A stretch of DNA of 64,000 nt from Botryllus schlosseri (lineage: Eukaryota), in contig CM119372.1 of the NCBI GenBank assembly GCA_051294905.1, forward strand, positions 37,946,001 through 38,010,000, given 5' to 3'. The notes below the pieces were generated by a model. That model had not been told where the DNA came from and made no database searches. It was given only the letters and a program-made list of their open reading frames with translations. Positions 63,863 through 64,000 of this stretch are shown here, one piece after another; positions within the stretch are counted from its first letter, which is position 1, and every line of letters begins with the position of its first letter. The position numbers and the translations under genes are program-made.

Positions 63863-64000
63863 ATCTAGAGTCATTGCACCTTTTGACTCGAGTCAAGCAA
63901 TCGATTTCTAAGGTGATTCGAGTCAAGTCAATTCTCAATTCAAGTCAAATTGAATTTTCGAAGTACGAGAGATCATTGATCATTCGAAGTCATTACATTT

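Overview
AT-rich, transposon-dense eukaryotic DNA with spliceosomal introns and no prokaryotic features. It looks like an invertebrate animal, possibly a tunicate, but the taxon cannot be confirmed from the sequence. The first ~26 kb is almost all nested non-autonomous DNA transposons (many hAT MITEs with 8-bp TSDs, two decayed PIF/Harbinger elements, a P/Galileo-like foldback element), tRNA-derived SINEs and LINE fragments. From 26.8 kb onward lies a same-strand tandem cluster of at least three intron-containing piggyBac-derived genes: A (26819-38420), B (47412-55510) and C (from 61690, running off the window). All three have a homologous 112-nt first coding exon. A and B also have one large terminal exon encoding the transposase core with an intact D-D-D triad and C-terminal cysteine-rich domain. 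No piggyBac TIR/TTAA ends were seen around them. Their acidic N-termini are built from tandemly duplicated, frame-preserving phase-1/1 exons (five in A, three or four in B). The pattern suggests a domesticated, possibly still catalytic piggyBac family with a modular N-terminus. A truncated Penelope-like element in an intron of gene B carries a minimal hammerhead ribozyme motif. All gene models were built by eye from splice signals and paralogue comparison, without transcript data.
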